DNA of 64,000 nt from Scyliorhinus canicula (taxonomy: Eukaryota), in the NCBI RefSeq assembly GCF_902713615.1, contig NC_052156.1, forward strand, positions 21,603,287 through 21,667,286, read 5' to 3'. A program made the position numbers and the translations under genes. Each line of letters opens with the position of its first letter. Position 1 is the first letter of the stretch. Under the pieces are notes generated by a model that ran no database searches, was not told the DNA's origin, and worked only from the letters and a program-made list of their open reading frames with translations. Below, in pieces: positions 35,568-47,904 of this stretch.

Positions 35568-36272
35568 CAGGGGTGGGCAAACTTTTCTGTGCAAGGGCCA
35601 CATTCAGAAATTCACAATTTTAAAGGGCCGCATAGTATATTAAGTAAAATAATTAATATTTTAAATAGCCAAAATAAAAGGTCTTTAAAGAAAAAGCACA
35701 TTTATTTGAAAAACAAAGTAACTCAGTAAGTAACAGAACAATGTCAATGAGAATGATGCATCTGACTGCAGTCATTTACCAGTTTGTTGAAATCAGGTGT
35801 CAAGTTGCTTGTGCTGATCCTTAACACTGACAGAAGCACAGCCTAGCCGAGTCAACGATAAAAACGCGCGTAGTGGGGTGGATGAGTGGGGCTGCCTTAT
35901 TGGTCGGTTTAGTTGGGTGTGCGACCAATAGGAGTCCAGGTTACAAACAATAATAAGGCTTATTGTTTGTAACCTGGACTCCTATTGGTCTCACACCCAA
36001 CTAAACCGACCAATGAGACAGCCCCACTCATCCACCCCACTACGCGCGTTTTTATGTGGCCCGCCAATGAGGTGCCCGGAATCATAACCGGCATTTTTGA
36101 AAAGCCGCTGAAGTAAATGCGCTTATTCAATAAGCGCATTTACTTCAGCGGCTTTTCCCCGGTGGCTTTTCAAAAATGCCGGTTATGATTCCGCGCACCT
36201 CATTGGCGGGCCGCATAAAAACCTTTGTCGGGCCACATGCAGCCCGCGCGGGCCGTAGTTTGCCCACCCCTG
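35568..36272 (-). mobile_element. Internally deleted hAT (Charlie/Buster-type) transposon, 705 bp
   Basis: Perfect 16-bp TIR CAGGGGTGGGCAAACT; 8-bp TSD ACCTAGAG (35560-35567, 36273-36280); transposase C-terminus LSVLRISTSNLTPDFNKLVNDCSQMHHSH* at 35833-35744 (-) followed by AATAAA. Confidence 0.93.
35858..36221. repeat. Two adjoining long inverted repeats inside the hAT element
   Basis: Arms 35858-35953 / 35960-36055 (96 bp, 6-nt loop) and 36049-36127 / 36129-36221 (1-nt loop, 14-nt bulge). Confidence 0.95.
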
Positions 36273-37908
36273 ACCTAGAGAATAGGTCCCGCCGGCAGAA
36301 CTCTTAAGAATCGTTGGGCTCCCGGAGGGATCCGAAGGAGCGGACGCTGGGACATACATCGCAGACATGTTTGAGAAGCTGCCGGGGGATGGGGCATTCT
36401 CCCAGCCCTTGGAGGTGGACAGGGCTCACAGAGCATTCGCGAGGAAGCTGTGAATGGGGAAACCACCCCCCCCCCCCCCCCCCCGAGGGCAATAGTGGTG
36501 AGATTCCACAGGCACTTGGATAAGGAGCACATTCTACAGTGGGCCAAGCAGACACGGAGCTGTAAGTAGGACAACAGTATCCTGCAGGTTTACCAAGACC
36601 CAAGTGTGGAGGTGGCCAGGAGAAGAGCAGGCTTCAACCAGATTAGGTCAATCCTTTTTAAGAAAAAGGTGAAGTTCGGACTGTTGTATCTGTCCCATCT
36701 CTGAGTCACGCATGAGGAATAGCACTTTTATTTCGAGTCACCCGAGGACGCGCTGGACTTCGTGAAAAGGAAAGGACTGGTGGTGGACTGAGCACTTCTG
36801 AACTTTGCTGCAACGTTCATTTTGTTTTTGTTTTTGTGTTCTTTTAAAAAATAGTTCCTCGTTTTTGTTTTGTTTTGTGGAAGCTGTTTGTAATGCCTTT
36901 TGCATTGATTTGGGACCAGCGACAGAGCTGAGCAAGTTAAGGTTTTCAATTGCACTGTTCGGGGATGGAGGTGTGCTTGTTTAGATCTTGTTGTCTTTCT
37001 GTCGTGCAATTATGTGGGGATTGTTTGATGTTGGAGTATGTTTGTATGAGCGGGGTGGGGAAACAATGATTATCCAATGCCAGGGATGGGTGCCACCAAG
37101 CTAGCTGGGCGGGCTAGCTCACAGAAGCGCAGTGGGGGGTGTGCATATGTTAGGTTTATTAAAGGGCCTGGGCAGAGCATTGTTACTTGGGGGGGGGGGG
37201 GGGGGGGGGGGTAAATGCTGACGAGGGAGAGATTTGGGCTGAGGGACAGAGAGTAGGTTGGGGACGGAGGCTGCCTGGGGGCGGGCCGGTGGAGGTGCGG
37301 CGTATGGGCTGGAGGAGGGCCCAAAAAAAGGGATGGCTGATCGGCGAAGGGGGGGGGGGGGGGGGGGGGGGAGGAGAGGCGGGGCGCAATGAGCCCCCTA
37401 ACTAGGCTGATCACCTGGGATGTTCGAGGGTTACATGGGCCGGTCAAGAGGGCATGCGTGTTCGCGCATCTTAGGGGACTGAAGGCGGACGTGGTAATGT
37501 TGCAGGAGACGCACCTTAGAGTAACTGACCAGACTAGATTGAGGAAAAAGCTGGGTCAGTCAGTTCTTTCACTCGGGACTAGATTCAAAGACTCGAAGGG
37601 TCGCGATCCTGATCAATAAGCGGGTGGTGTTTGAGATGGGTTGAATAGTCTCAGATGTGAGAGGTCGGTACATTATGGTCAGTGGAAAACTGGAGGGGCT
37701 GCAGGTGGTACTAGTAATTGTGTATGCGCCAAATTGGGATGATCTGGAGTTTATAAAGAGGATGTTGGGGAAGATACCAGACCTGGACTCGCACAGTTTG
37801 GTCATGGGAGGGGACTTTAACACAGTTATTGACCCTGGCTTAGACCGGTCAAGCTCAAAAAGAGGCAGGGTGCCAGCAATGGCAAAGGAACTAAAAGGGT
37901 TCATGGAG

Positions 37909-39495
37909 CATGATTCATCTTGGCCTCCTCCGGGGATCCCCAGGATTACAGATGCCAATCTTGAGCCAATTCGATTCACTCCATGTGATATCAAGAAATT
38001 GAAGGCACTGGATACTGCAAAGGCTATGGACCCTGACGATATTCTGATAATAATGCTGAAGACTTGTGCTCCAGAATTTGCTGCGTCTCTAGCCAAGCTA
38101 TTCCAACACTGGTATCTACCTAGTGATGTGTAAATTTGCCCATGTTTGTCCTGTACATAAAAAGCAGGACAAATCCAACCCGGCCAATTACCACCCCATC
38201 AGCCTACACCCGACCATCATTAAAGTAATGAACGAGATCAACAGTGCAATCTCTTGGTACTTACGTGGCAATAATGTGCTCACTGACGCTCTGTTTCGGT
38301 TCTGTCATCGCCTCTTAGTCCCTGACCTCATTACAGCCTTGGTTCAAACAAGGAAAAGAAGAGCTGTTTTCCAAAGGCGAGGTGCTAGTGACTGCCCTTG
38401 ACATTAAGGCAGCATTTGACCTAGTGCGGTATCCAGGAGCCCTGTCAAACTAGAGTCAGTGGGGAAATCGCTCCACTAGTTGGAGTCGCACCTAACACAC
38501 AGGAACATGGTTGTGGTAATTGGAGACCAATCATCTCATTTCCAGGACATCGTTGCATAGTTTCTCAGGGTTGCATCCTGGGCCCAACTTCAGCTGTTTC
38601 ATCAATGATCTTTCTCACATCTTAAGGCCGGAAGTGTGAATGTTCATTGATGAATGCAGTGGTCAGCAACATTCACAACTCCTCAGATACTGAAGCAGTC
38701 CATGCCCAAATGCAGCAGGACCTGGACAATATCCGGGCTTAGACTGACAAGTATCAAGTAACATTGGTGCGGCGCAAGTGGCAGACAATAACCATTGCCA
38801 ACAATAGGAAACATAACCCCCTCCCCGTGACATTCAATGGCATAATTGCTGAATCCCCCACTGTCAACATTCTGGGGGGGGGGGGGGGGGGAGAAGAGGG
38901 GGGTTTACCATTGACCAGAAACTGAACTGGACTAGCCATATAAATACTGTGGCGACAAGAACAGATCAGAAAAGAGAGTAATCCTGCAGTGAGTAACTCA
39001 TCTTCTGACTCCCCAGTACTTGACACAATCCAAAAGACACAATTGAGGAGTGCAGTGGAATACTCTCTCCTTGACTGGATGAGTGCAGCTCCAACACTCC
39101 AGCTCCACACCATCAGGACAAAGCAGCCTACTTTATTGGCACCGTATCCCTCTGCCACTGATGCACAGTAACAAGTCTGTGCACCTCAGGAACTCACCAA
39201 GGCTCATTAGACGGCACCTTCCAAGCCTACAATCACTACCATCTAGAAGGACAAGAGCAACACATACATGGGAACACCACCACCTGGTAATTCCCCTCCA
39301 AGTCACTCACCATCTTGATTTGGAAATATATCACCGTTCCTTCACTGTCACTGGATCAAAACCCTGGAACTCCTCCCCTAACAGCACCATGCAGATTGCA
39401 GCAATTCAAGAAGCAGCTCACTATCACCTTCCCAATGGCAGTTAGAGATGGGCAATAAATGCCAACCTAGGCCCACATCCCTTGAATTAAAAAAA
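37909..39495 (+). mobile_element. Degenerate CR1-group LINE family B (RT plus 3' tail GGGCAATAAATGC...CCCACATCC)
   Basis: LDTAKAMDPDDI..LKTCAPE, VHKKQDKSNPANYHPISL RT fragments. Other pieces of this family: about 3688-4058 (+), 33700-34858 (+), 42240-43595 (+), 39735-40700 (-), 46297-46775 (-). Confidence 0.8.
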
Positions 39496-40388
39496 TGTCT
39501 GCTTTGGCTCTGCATCTCTTAATACATTTGCCTAACAAAAATCTATCATTAAGTTTTTAAATATTCTACATTCCTAGCCTGAACAGCCTTTTGAGGAAGA
39601 GGTTTTAAAATTTTTGTAGATACTCTATGATAAGTGCTTCCTAACATTGGCCCAACTTTAATTGTAAGGTTTTGTTCCCTTTTGTCTTAGACTTCCCCTC
39701 CAGAGGAAACGGATTTGTTCTAACATGTTTAAAATTCATTTACAGGATGTGGGCGTCGCTGGTTAGGCCAGCATTTATTGTCCATCCCTAGTGGCCCTTC
39801 AGAAGATGGTGGTGAGTTGCATTCTTGAATCGTTGCAGTGCTTGAGATGTAGGTATCCCCACAGTGCTGTTAGGGAGGGAGTTCCAGGATTTTGCCCCCA
39901 GCGTCAGTGAAGAAACGGCAATATATTTCCAAGTGAGTGACTTGGAGGGGAGCCTCCAGGTGGTGGGGTTCCCAGATATCTGCTGCTCTTGTCCTTCTAG
40001 ATGGTAGAGGTTGTGGGTTTGAAGGTGCTAAGGAACCTTGGTTGAGTTAATGCAGTGCATTTTGTAGATGACACACATGGCTGCCACTGTTCGTCTGTGG
40101 TGGTGGAGGGTATGAATATTTGTGGAAGGAGGAGCAATCAAGCGGGCTGCTTTGTCTTGGATGGTAACCCCCAGCATGTTGATTTTGGGGAATTCAGCGA
40201 TGGTAATGCCATTGAATGTCAAGGGCCGATCTTTAAATCCTTTCTTCTAGGAGATGGTCATTGCCTGGCACTTGTGTGGCGCGAATGTGACTTGCCATTT
40301 GTCAGCCCAAGCCTGGATATTGTCCAGGTCTTGCTGCATTTGGACATGGACTGCTTCATTATCTAAGGAGTTGCTAATGATGCTGAAT

Positions 40389-40528
40389 GATATGGAGATG
40401 CCGGCGTTGGACTGGGGTGAGAACACTAGCTTTCGGAGCACTGCTCCTTCCTCAGGTGAATGGAAGGAGGAAGCTAGTGTTTAAAACAAACATGTTGGAC
40501 TTTAACCTGGTGTTGTAAGACTTCTTAC
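40389..40528. mobile_element. Short Penelope-like terminal-repeat insertion carrying a hammerhead motif
   Basis: 13-bp TSD with one mismatch (AATGATGCTGAAT 40376-40388 / AATAATGCTGAAT 40529-40541); partially inverted AAGCTAGTGTT repeats. Confidence 0.7.
40424..40458 (-). ncRNA. Minimal type I hammerhead ribozyme motif
   Basis: Minus strand CAC-CUGAGGA-A-GGAGC-AGU-GCUCC-GAAA-GC-UA-GUG: intact CUGANGA and GAAA boxes, 5-bp stem II, 3-bp stem I, palindromic AGCU stem III, CUA cleavage triplet. Confidence 0.75.
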
Positions 40529-41594
40529 AATAATGCTGAATACAGTAGCTCAATTGCAGTGTTGATGTGAGCCTACTTCTGACACTAATAAAGATTATTA
40601 TTACATTGTGCAGTCATGACAAACATCCCCACTTCCGATCTTATGATGAAAGAAAGGTCACTGATAAAGCAGCTGAAGGTGGTTGGGCCTTGGACACTAA
40701 CTAACCTGTCAAATCTGTCAACCAACGTAAATACCTCAATTATTTCACCCTTTAATCTTCTAAGCTCAAGGGGAAACAAGCCTAGTCTACGCAATCTATC
40801 CTCAATTCAACACCGTTAGCCCCGAGATCGTTCTGGCGAATCTGCGCTTGCATCCTCTACACAGTCACTGTATACTTCCTAAGACGTAGTGCCCAGAACT
40901 GAATAGATGGTGGAGTTGAATCATAGTTTTGTGCATCTGTAGCGTTACTTCGATCTTTTGGTTTTCCAGTCCTCTTGAGTTGTAAGATAACATTCCATCA
41001 ACCTTTTTCATAATTCTTTGTTCCTGTCCACTAGTTTTTAGTAGATGATATACCATCATTGATTTGATGTTGCTGGCTCAGTGTCTTGGAATTAATTCCC
41101 TGCCTAACATTGTTGTGAGAACACTTTCATCACAAGAACTGGAATAACACAAGAAGGTCCACCATCTCTGCATAGCTAGAGATGAGCCATAAATGTGGCC
41201 CGTGACATCCACGTCGAGAACACAAATAATGGAAAGCAGGGAGTCAGCGAGCTGGTTCAACACACTTCCCGTTTAATGAAGTCACTGCACTATATAAAAG
41301 CAACGATGCTCGAAAAAAAACCAGCCCCATTTAAAGAAGTCAAACACATTTGAGGAACTCATCTACCGAGAAGCAAAAACCACCAACTGCAAAATAAGAC
41401 TTGCACAGAAAATACTGAATCAAGATAAATTACGCAATGCTGACAGACCCAACAATTTCACACCGTCGTACAATTGGGCTGCAATTTTCTCCTTCCCTGA
41501 TAATTTGAGTAAAGCATTAGCATAGAGAACAGTTGAGCACCATACTCTGAATCTGCTGATTTTGGTGGTGGGGAAAGAACAAGGAAAGACTCAC

Positions 41595-41765
41595 ATTTTT
41601 GAGGAACTCTTCTGCGACGATGCGAGCTCTGGCGTTCAGCGACAGCTTCATTTCACTGACTTCCTTGTCAATCTCCTCCATGAAGTGAATGACAAAGTCA
41701 ACCAGTTTGTGTTTGTACATTTGTTCAGTATGGAAGTTGGTGATCAGGAAACTGATGTCATAGCC
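41595..41765 (-). CDS. ARPC4: ARPC4 coding exon 5 ([57 protein letters not shown])
   Basis: Overlaps ORF 41517..41720; ggcAG acceptor, AAT|GTGAGT donor, 171 nt. Confidence 0.97.
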
Positions 41766-43599
41766 CTGCCAGGAAAAGGAATCAAGGGGGCAGCAGTCAA
41801 TCTCATTTATCAGTTACAGACTGGCAATTCATAGGGGACAGGAATAATACCTTATCACAAACCAATATGAAAGAATTGGTGACTTCCCTTCATAGATATT
41901 TTCATAGTAACCAAATATAAAATTTGAGCTGAGTTCTGGAAATTTCCTATGAAATATTTCTGGCATTAACCTTTGTAAAAGTCTTTAGTGAATATTATTC
42001 TGATCAAGATGATACGTTATCCAATTGGGTCTGGGTTCAGATCCATTACACAGCGTTAAGACCGTAGTAATACTTACTCACTTCACAATCCAGTCGCTTC
42101 AACCATATTTAAGAAAATCTAAAAGTCTAAATGCTAAAATAAAACAAACTAACATTCAGTATTTATCTCTTATGCATATGGAGTACATAAAGACCACATT
42201 CTGAATTCTCACTCAGATAGGGCAGCCCTTAAAGCTCGACATTTGACTCTGGGCCCCACAAGGTTCTATGGCACCAAGACAAAAAAGGACAAGGAAATCT
42301 CCTGCCATCCTCCATCAGCTGGTGAATCAGTGTTCCTCCATGTTGAACACCACTTGGAAAAAGCGCAGAAGGTAGCAAGAGTACAGAATATATTCGGGGT
42401 GGGAGACTTCAATGCTCATCACCATGAGTGGCTCAGGATCACCACGACTGACTAAGCTGGCCCTTTCAAGGATACAACTGGGTCTAGAGAAGGCTCCCCG
42501 AAGCAATCTATCTATCATAGATGTGTCTGACCATGACAGTATTGGTAGGAGTGACCATTGCATAATTTTTAGGGAGACAATTCCAGTCTTTAAATTTAGA
42601 GTACACAATTATTTTTTTCCAATTAAGGAACAATTTAGCGTGGCCAATCCACCTAACCTGCACATCTTTCGGTTGTGTGGTGAGACCCATGCAGACATGG
42701 GGAGAATGTACAAACTCCACACAGACAAGTGACCCAGGACCGGGATCGAACCCTGGTCCTCGGCGCTGTGAGGCTGCAGTGCTAACCACTGCCCCACCGT
42801 GCCGCCCTACAATTCTGGTCTTCACACAGAGAATATCGTGCCAACACAAGAAATTTAGAACAGATCTGGAAACTTAAATCGAGTATCCATGAGGTGCTGT
42901 GGGCCATCCGTAGCAGCAGAATTACATTCCACCAAAATCAATAACCTCAAAACATTGCATATCCTTAGGGATATGGCTTTGAGGGACTAGCCTGGACGTT
43001 CAATAAGGAGTGGAGCAGAACATCCCAGGAGCATCAGGTGTGCCTAGAAATGATGAAGCTACAACATAGAACCACATGAATGTTAAAATAAAATGGCTAT
43101 GCTATAGTTAGAGCCAAATGATTCCACAACCAATGGATCAATTAAAGCTCTGCAGTCCTGCCACATTCCGTGGTGAGTAACTCCCGACTTCCCAAAGCCT
43201 GACCGCCATCTACAAGGCTCAAGTTAGAAATGTGATGAAACACTCTCCACCCGCCTGGATCAGTGCAGCTGCAAAAACACTCAGAAGCTCAAAACATTCC
43301 AGAGCAAAGCAGCCTGTTTGATTGACAGACCACCCACCCACACACCACCGTAAACATTCATTCCTTCCACCACTGAGCCACATTCGCTGCAGTGTGTACT
43401 ATCTGTGAGATTCACTACTGCATGTTGCCAAAGCTCCCAAAGGGCCCTCTCAAACACGTGAGCCCTACTCCCTGGAAAGAAAAGGCAACAGGCACATGGA
43501 CACAATACCAACTGCCTCTAAGTCACACACCATCCGGACTTGGAAATATATCGTCATCCCTTCATTGTTACTGGCTTAAAATCTTGCAAATTCTTACAT

Positions 43600-44785
43600 A
43601 ATTATTTAGATTTCCAGAAGGCCTTTGACAAGGTGCCACATAGGATACTGTTAAATAAGTTAAGAGCCCATGGTGTTAAGGGTCAGATCCTGGCATGGAT
43701 AGAGGATTGGCTGACTGGCAGCAGGCAGAGAGTGGGGATAAAGGGGTCTTTTTCAGGATGGCAGCTGGTGACTAGTGGTGTACCTCAAGAGGTCAGTGCT
43801 GGGATCACAGTTTTTCACAAAATACATTAATGATTTGGAAGAAAGAACTGAAGGCACTGTTGCTAAGTTTGCAGGTGATACAAAGATCAGTAGAGGGACA
43901 GGTAATATTGTGAAAGCAGGGGGGGCTGCAGAAGGACGTGGACAGGCTAGGAGAGTGGGCAATGAAGTGGCAACTGAAATACAATGTGGAAAAGTGTGAG
44001 GATATGCATTTTTGAAGGAGAAATGGAGGCATTGGCTATTTTCTAAATGGGGAGATGCTCAGGAAATCAGAAGCACAAAGGGACACCTTGTTCACAATTC
44101 TCTTAAGGTTAGCGTGCAGGTTCAGTTGGCAGTTAGGAAGGCAAATACAATGTTAGCGTTCATGACGAGAGGGCTAGAATACAAGACCAGGGGTGTGCTT
44201 CTGAGGCTGTATAAGGCTCTGGCCAGACCCCATTTGGAGCATTGTGAGCAGTTTTGGGCCCCGTATCTAAGGAAAGATGTGCTGGCCTTGGAAAGGATCC
44301 AGAGGAGGTTCACAAGAATGATCCCGGGAATGAAGAATTTGTCGTATGAGGAATGGTCGAGGACTCTGGGTCTGTACTCGTTGGAGTTTATAAGGATGAG
44401 GGGGGGTCTTATTGAAACTTACAGGATACTGCGAGGCCTGGATAGAGTGGACGTTGAGAGGATGTTTCTTTCCAATTGTAGGAAAAAGTAGAAGCAGAGG
44501 ACACAATCTCAGACTAAAGGGACAATCCTTTAAAACAGAGATGAGAGGGAATTTCTTCAGCCAGAGGGTGGTGAATCTGTGGAACATGCCACAGAAGGCT
44601 GTGAAGGCCAAATCACTGAGTGTCTTTAAGACAGAGATAGATAGGTTCTTGATTAATAAGGGGATCAGGGGTTATGGTGAGAAGGCAGGAGAATGGGGAT
44701 GAGAGAAATATCAGCCATGATTGAATGGTGGAGCAGACTCGAAGGGCTGAGTGGCCTAATTCTGCTCCTATGCCTTATGGTCTTA
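43600..44785 (+). mobile_element. CR1 3' fragment in ARPC4 intron 4
   Basis: YLDFQKAFDKVPH, GVPQ, LYKALARPHLE, FFSQRVVNLWN; ends in CTCCTATGCCTTATGGTCTTA. Confidence 0.92.
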
Positions 44786-45435
44786 ATAGCACAATAAGAG
44801 TAATTTCACTAGTATCAATGCAGCGGTTCGAGAAAATGTAGTTAAGGGTAGTTAAGGATGGGCCCTGCCAGCAACACCCACAGCAATGAATAAAAGTGTT
44901 TAAGTTTGAAATCTCAATGATAAACTTTCACAGTGTAACATCAAGGGGTTAGACATGGGCTATACCGAGGATGAGGCTCAAATCTCATGCAGACCACTGG
45001 ATACAGATTCTTGCCTGCCCACTTCCTCACTCAAAGCTGAGCATATCACCAATGGGCTCATGGAAGGTGCTCAACATTGAAGAAATAACTTTTTTTTTAA
45101 ACATTCAAAATGGGCTGGAAAAAGAGATCTGTAACTGATGGGATGTTCTGGTTAAATTGCTATTTACACTTTTGACTCGGTGAGTACATTCTAAAATGCA
45201 TACACCAGCACAGTGCGTGCTGCAACGGCTTGCATTCCCACATTCTGAAGCATACATAGACAGAGGTCACTGCCTCCAGCAGGACAGGAACGGAGAACAA
45301 TTGGGGAAAATGTCAAACATCGGGTATCTGCAGATCAAAAGTCTCCAAATGGCCTCAGGACCATAATACTGTCTTGGACTGACAGATACCACTGGAAAAT
45401 ACGTCTTAAACTGAAGTTCTGTGTATTAACATTAC

Positions 45436-45531
45436 CTCAACAGCTTTCCTCCGGAGGATGAAGAAATTCTCTGCTCGCATCATCATAAACCTCATGAATT
45501 TATGACACAGGATCTTTTCAATCTCATCTGC
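45436..45531 (-). CDS. ARPC4: ARPC4 coding exon 4 ([32 protein letters not shown])
   Basis: Manual translation; ttttAG acceptor, GAG|GTAAT donor, 96 nt. Confidence 0.97.
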
Positions 45532-45964
45532 CTAAAATTAAAAACACAAAACTTTTAACAGGTACAAACTCTAACCTGCCTATAGCTTATTACTGAAAGT
45601 ACAACAGGGCAGCGAATAAACAAGGGTACCACATCCAGAATTGTCAATATGCCACTGAAAACAGATTATGGGGAGTGACAGAAGGGAAGAAAGAGCCAAA
45701 CAATTAAAATCTGAAAACATTTATATTCTCCCACATTTATTTTTAAACAGATGTTGGCCGCTGTTCGGTGAAATTACTAATTGAAGAACCAACATTTAGT
45801 GGTATTGAGGATGCAGGTTCCAACTAAAACGGAGTTTCTAACATTAGCCACATACTCAGTCAACCCTATGTAGCAACAGAAGTAGGGAAGATCAGAGAGA
45901 ATCGTCACCCAGTTGTTACTACCAAACAGAGGTTGTACATTATTTAGTAGATTATTTATTAATT

Positions 45965-46295
45965 CATAGGATTATAGAATTTATAGTGCAGGAGGCCATT
46001 CGGCCCATCGAGTCTGCACTGGCTCTTGGAAAGAGCACCCTACCCAAGGTCAACACCTCCACCCTATCCCCATAACCCAGTAACCCACCCAACACTAAGG
46101 GCAATTTAGCATGGCCAATCCACCTAACCTGCACATCTTTGGACTGTGGGAGGAAACCGGAGCACCCGGAGGAAACCCACGCACACACGGGGAGGATGTG
46201 CAGACTCTGCACAGGCAGTGACCCAAGCCGGAATCGAACCTGGGACACTGGAGCTGTGAAGCAATTGTGCTATCCACAATGCTACCGTGCTGCCC
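45965..46295 (-). mobile_element. HE1/V-type SINE, tail B
   Basis: Diagnostic head GCATTGTGGATAGCACAAT. Other tail-B copies: 19117-19291 (-), 20531-20850 (+), 28607-28830 (-), 29539-29844 (+), 32090-32388 (+), 34020-34317 (+). Confidence 0.92.
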
Positions 46296-47585
46296 GTCAA
46301 GTGGCGTGGGCGACGTTGGCAAGGCCAACATTTATTGCCCATCCCTAATTGCCCTCGAGAAGGTGGTGGTGAGCTGCCTTCTTGAATCGCAGCAGTTCCT
46401 GTAGTGTAGGTACACCCAGAGTGCTGTTAGGGAGAGAGTTCCAGGACTTTGACCCAATGACAGTGAAGGAATGGCGATATATTTCCAAGTCAATATGGTG
46501 AGTGGCTTGGAATGGAACTTTCAGGTGGTGGCGTTCCCACGTATTTGCTTCCCTCGCCCTTCTAAATGGTTGTGGTCGTGGGTTTAAGATGCTAAGCAGC
46601 CTTGGCAAATTCCTACAGTGCACCTTGTAAATGCTACATGCTGCTGCTACTGTGTGCCGGTGGTGGAGGAAGTGAATGTTTGTGAATGGGGTGTCAATCA
46701 AGTGGGTTGCTTTGTCCTGGGGATGGTGTCAAGCCTGAGTGTTGTTGGAGGTACCCTCATTCAAGCTAGGGAATACTATAATTCCATCATTGGAATACTT
46801 TAATTCCATGTGGTCATGGAATTAAATAGTAAATATTGGAAATACACAGCAAGTAAGCCAACATCTCCAAAGAGACGAGGCAGTTAACATTTAGGCTAAG
46901 ACTTTAGAAAATGTCTGACTAGAGAGTTATATCAAAATATTAAAGTATATTTTTTCTTTATAGTGGCTGACTGATCTAATGTGCATTTCCACCAGATCTA
47001 TCGTTGGTTTCATAATTCTGGCATTTGCAGTCACCCCACCCTCCAAATTGACTTTGGTAAGTTCATGCTTTGTTGTACAAGGGGATCAGGACTGAAAGAA
47101 ATGACTAGATTCAATACTGAGACAAAGCAAGTCATTGACAGTGGTCTGGAGCAAGTTAAGCATCTTCCTTAATCATAGGTGATTATAGTTTGCTCCAGTA
47201 AAATAAAAGTGAAAGAGTGGGGGTCAATTTAGAGGAATTAGAAACCTTTAAGTGGGTTGGAATAAGAAGATAGATTATTTTCATTGCTTCCGGTATAACA
47301 TTGCACCATTAAAGGACCTCCATTTTAAATCTGAAAAGGATAAGACAAATTTCTCCCCAGCCCCTAAAAGGTAACCAAATAAAAAATTCCAGGACATCTA
47401 ATCGATCATCAAATATAGTTTTGTTGTCCATTTGACACGTGAACAACAAAGATTTTATTTCCTCCTTGCCCTCAGTAAGGAGGGGCAATCAATTGTCACT
47501 CACTATCTTAGCTTCCACTCCAAGAGATGATCATCCAGGCCTTACTAATTACAAGTATGGATTAAAAGCCAAACTAGATACTGAC

Positions 47586-47697
47586 CTGTTTGATTGCAAT
47601 GCTGACTCGTACAGAGTTTATTGAGCCCTCAATAAGGACTTTCTCCTTCTCATTCCTGCTGATGATCAAGGGCTGCAACAGCAGCTCTTTACTGCTC
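47586..47697 (-). CDS. ARPC4: ARPC4 coding exon 3 ([37 protein letters not shown])
   Basis: Manual translation; taacAG acceptor, CAG|GTCAG donor, 112 nt, phase-compatible with exon 2. Confidence 0.97.
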
Positions 47698-47904
47698 CTG
47701 TTATTGGCCAAGAAAAAGTTGTCCATCACTATCCAATAATAAAAATGTATCCTAGGATCTCCACCAACTGCTTAAACACATTTGTGTTTCAGGACGTTTG
47801 TGAAATAATATTCTTAAATGCTGCCCATAGATGATACAGCAGGCATTACCATTCCTGCAAGTACCATAATATCTATACTGAAAGTTGATCAGGTACAGGA
47901 AAGA

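Larger units (their letters stand above)
35069..37908 (+). mobile_element. 5' part of an L1/Tx1-clade LINE (ORF1 interrupted by the hAT element; ORF2 endonuclease, truncated)
   Basis: ORF1 coiled coil KLLEKVEDLE|NRSRR..RIVGLPEGSEG across the insertion; APE motifs ITWDVRGL, LQETHL, VYAPN, GGDFN. Confidence 0.9.
39735..40700 (-). mobile_element. LINE family B 3' fragment, inverted relative to 37909-39495
   Basis: MQQDLDNIQAWADKWQVTFAPHKCQAMTIS in ORF 40247..40441; same 3' tail in reverse. Confidence 0.8.

Noticed and set aside
35175-35729. 184-aa ORF as a novel coiled-coil gene
   Set aside because: It is the L1 ORF1 N-terminus reading into the hAT insertion.
37657-38133. Apparent chimeric endonuclease-RT ORF
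   Set aside because: A chance in-frame junction of a truncated L1 with a decayed family-B LINE; both flanks are frameshifted.
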